Source of the DNA: an uncultured Candidatus Peribacteria bacterium
GTDB taxonomy: Bacteria > Patescibacteriota > Gracilibacteria > UBA4473
Length of the DNA stretch: 64,000 nucleotides
Reading direction: 5' to 3'
Assembly: GCA_964343715.1 (NCBI GenBank)
Contig: CAYFJZ010000005.1
Span: forward strand, 8,220-72,219
A program made the position numbers and the translations under genes. Below the pieces are notes generated by a model, which saw only the letters and a program-made list of their open reading frames with translations, made no database searches and was not told the DNA's origin. Below are positions 63,009 through 64,000 of this stretch, piece after piece. Every line of letters begins with the position of its first letter. The stretch's first letter is position 1.

Positions 63009-64000
63009 TGAAAAAAACATTGCTCCGTCTTCTTGGTCTCAGTTGGATGATGTGTCCGGTTCTCTCAGAAGCCTTTTTTCCCCAATCCGAATTTGAACGT
63101 CTCGAAAAAAAGGTCCTCATCCAGGTTCACAACGAACAAGCCCACGTAGAAATTCTAGAAAAAATCACCAACATCACCCCCGATCCAAAACACATAGAAC
63201 TCTTTCATTCTCTTCCTCAAGGAGCCAGAGACATCCAGTTTTTTATCGATGCACGAGGAGAAAGCTACGAAACCTTTCAACACGACGAAAAACTCAACCA
63301 CCTTTTTTCAAAAGCGGCCACCTATAAAGACGCTCGCTTCTTTCGATACGCCCTGCCAACAGACGATCAGCTCTTTCAGTCAACTACCCTCGAAATTGGA
63401 GGCGAACAGACCATCCTCTCCAAAGTCACCTACGACTACTCAATTACCCCTTTTGAAGACTTTTTTCATCTCCCCCTTTGGGATCAAGACGACATCATGA
63501 CCCTCAAAGCCGAAATAGTCGTCACCATCAATACCGACGTGCCCATCAAACACTTTTTCTCGACGCTTCCCAGCGAAGAGCTCTTCGATCAAACCGAAAA
63601 ACAAGTCACCCTGCTGTTCCAAAAAGACGCCTTCAACCCCAATACCGACATCAATTTTTTCTGGAGTCACGCGCCTGAACCCATTTTGTCTTTTAATGTC
63701 CATCGCGAAACCTATCTCGGTCACTTCCTCCCCCCCTCCCCGCCCCGAGAAATCGAAGAAATCACTTTTCTGATCGATCAATCAGGATCATTGTATGGAG
63801 CCCCCTGGGAACGAGTTCAAGAATACATTCAGTTCTGGCTCGATCATATCGGATCAGACAAAAGGATTCGCATCATCTTTTTTGATGAAGGAATCGAATT
63901 TCTTCGCGCTGATTTTACCCAAAACACCAAAGAGTTTCGTCAGCTGGTCTTTGATGCCCTCCGAAGCATCAAACCCCACAAAAAAACCGACATCTCAACC
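63009..64000 (+). CDS. VIT-like + von Willebrand factor type A domain protein (3' partial, runs off the window)
   Basis: My own translation from the ATG at 63009: MKKTLLRLLGLSWMMCPVLSEA (signal)... ITFLIDQSGSLYG (MIDAS DxSxS)... The frame is open to 64000. Confidence 0.65.

Noticed and set aside
1-64000. Alternative genetic code (UGA as Gly, as in some candidate phyla)
   Set aside because: Recognisable genes (glmS, dnaX, mraY, rarA and others) read through uninterrupted with the standard code and end at sensible positions. No in-frame TGA needs reassignment.

Overview
This is a 64-kb chromosomal window with most genes on the minus strand. The gene content (FemAB-type enzyme, SLH protein, PrgI/VirB4, many VirB2-like pilin-domain proteins, stand-alone four-helix-bundle genes, ComF) suggests a small-genome, Shine-Dalgarno-poor bacterium of the candidate-phyla-radiation/Patescibacteria type. 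That placement is my inference, not a search result.

Recognisable housekeeping genes are proB, ruvA, rpsP, a KH-domain protein, glmS, ybaB, mltG, a MiaB/MtaB-like methylthiotransferase, rarA, dnaX, miaA, nadK, a dgt-like HD hydrolase and mraY. There are six tRNAs (Val-TAC, Lys-TTT, Ala-TGC, Ser-GGA, Ala-GGC, Arg-CCT), all with an encoded CCA.

Main observations:
1. A roughly 9.7-kb compositionally foreign island lies at about 24.8-34.5 kb. Its six secreted, membrane or lipoprotein genes carry canonical GGAGG ribosome-binding sites, and most have recognisable promoters and hairpin terminators. More than a dozen native genes I checked have no SD. The island abuts a PrgI + VirB4 locus in which VirB4 stops after its N-terminal domain.
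2. A 12-kb surface-protein locus (7.4-19.4 kb) contains a module-sharing family: a 733-aa protein, two tandem 483-aa paralogs, a 1260-aa beta-helix fibre-like protein and an SLH protein.
3. A conserved, apparently structured leader of about 150-270 nt precedes three tRNA genes. It shows compensatory stem changes and TTGACA/TACAAT-type promoters. A decayed fourth copy lies next to tRNA-Arg.
4. Several native intergenic repeat families are present. Degenerate heptamer arrays follow a polarity rule: pyrimidine-type arrays lie 5' of genes and the complementary purine-type arrays lie 3'. There are also about 100-nt long hairpins with a conserved 34-nt apical loop, GTAG-hairpin (REP-like) elements, and MITE-like elements bounded by GTCATCCCGA inverted repeats.

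I found no CRISPR array, rRNA, transposase, reverse transcriptase or recognisable defence gene. All functional calls rest on motif recognition by eye. No database search was run.
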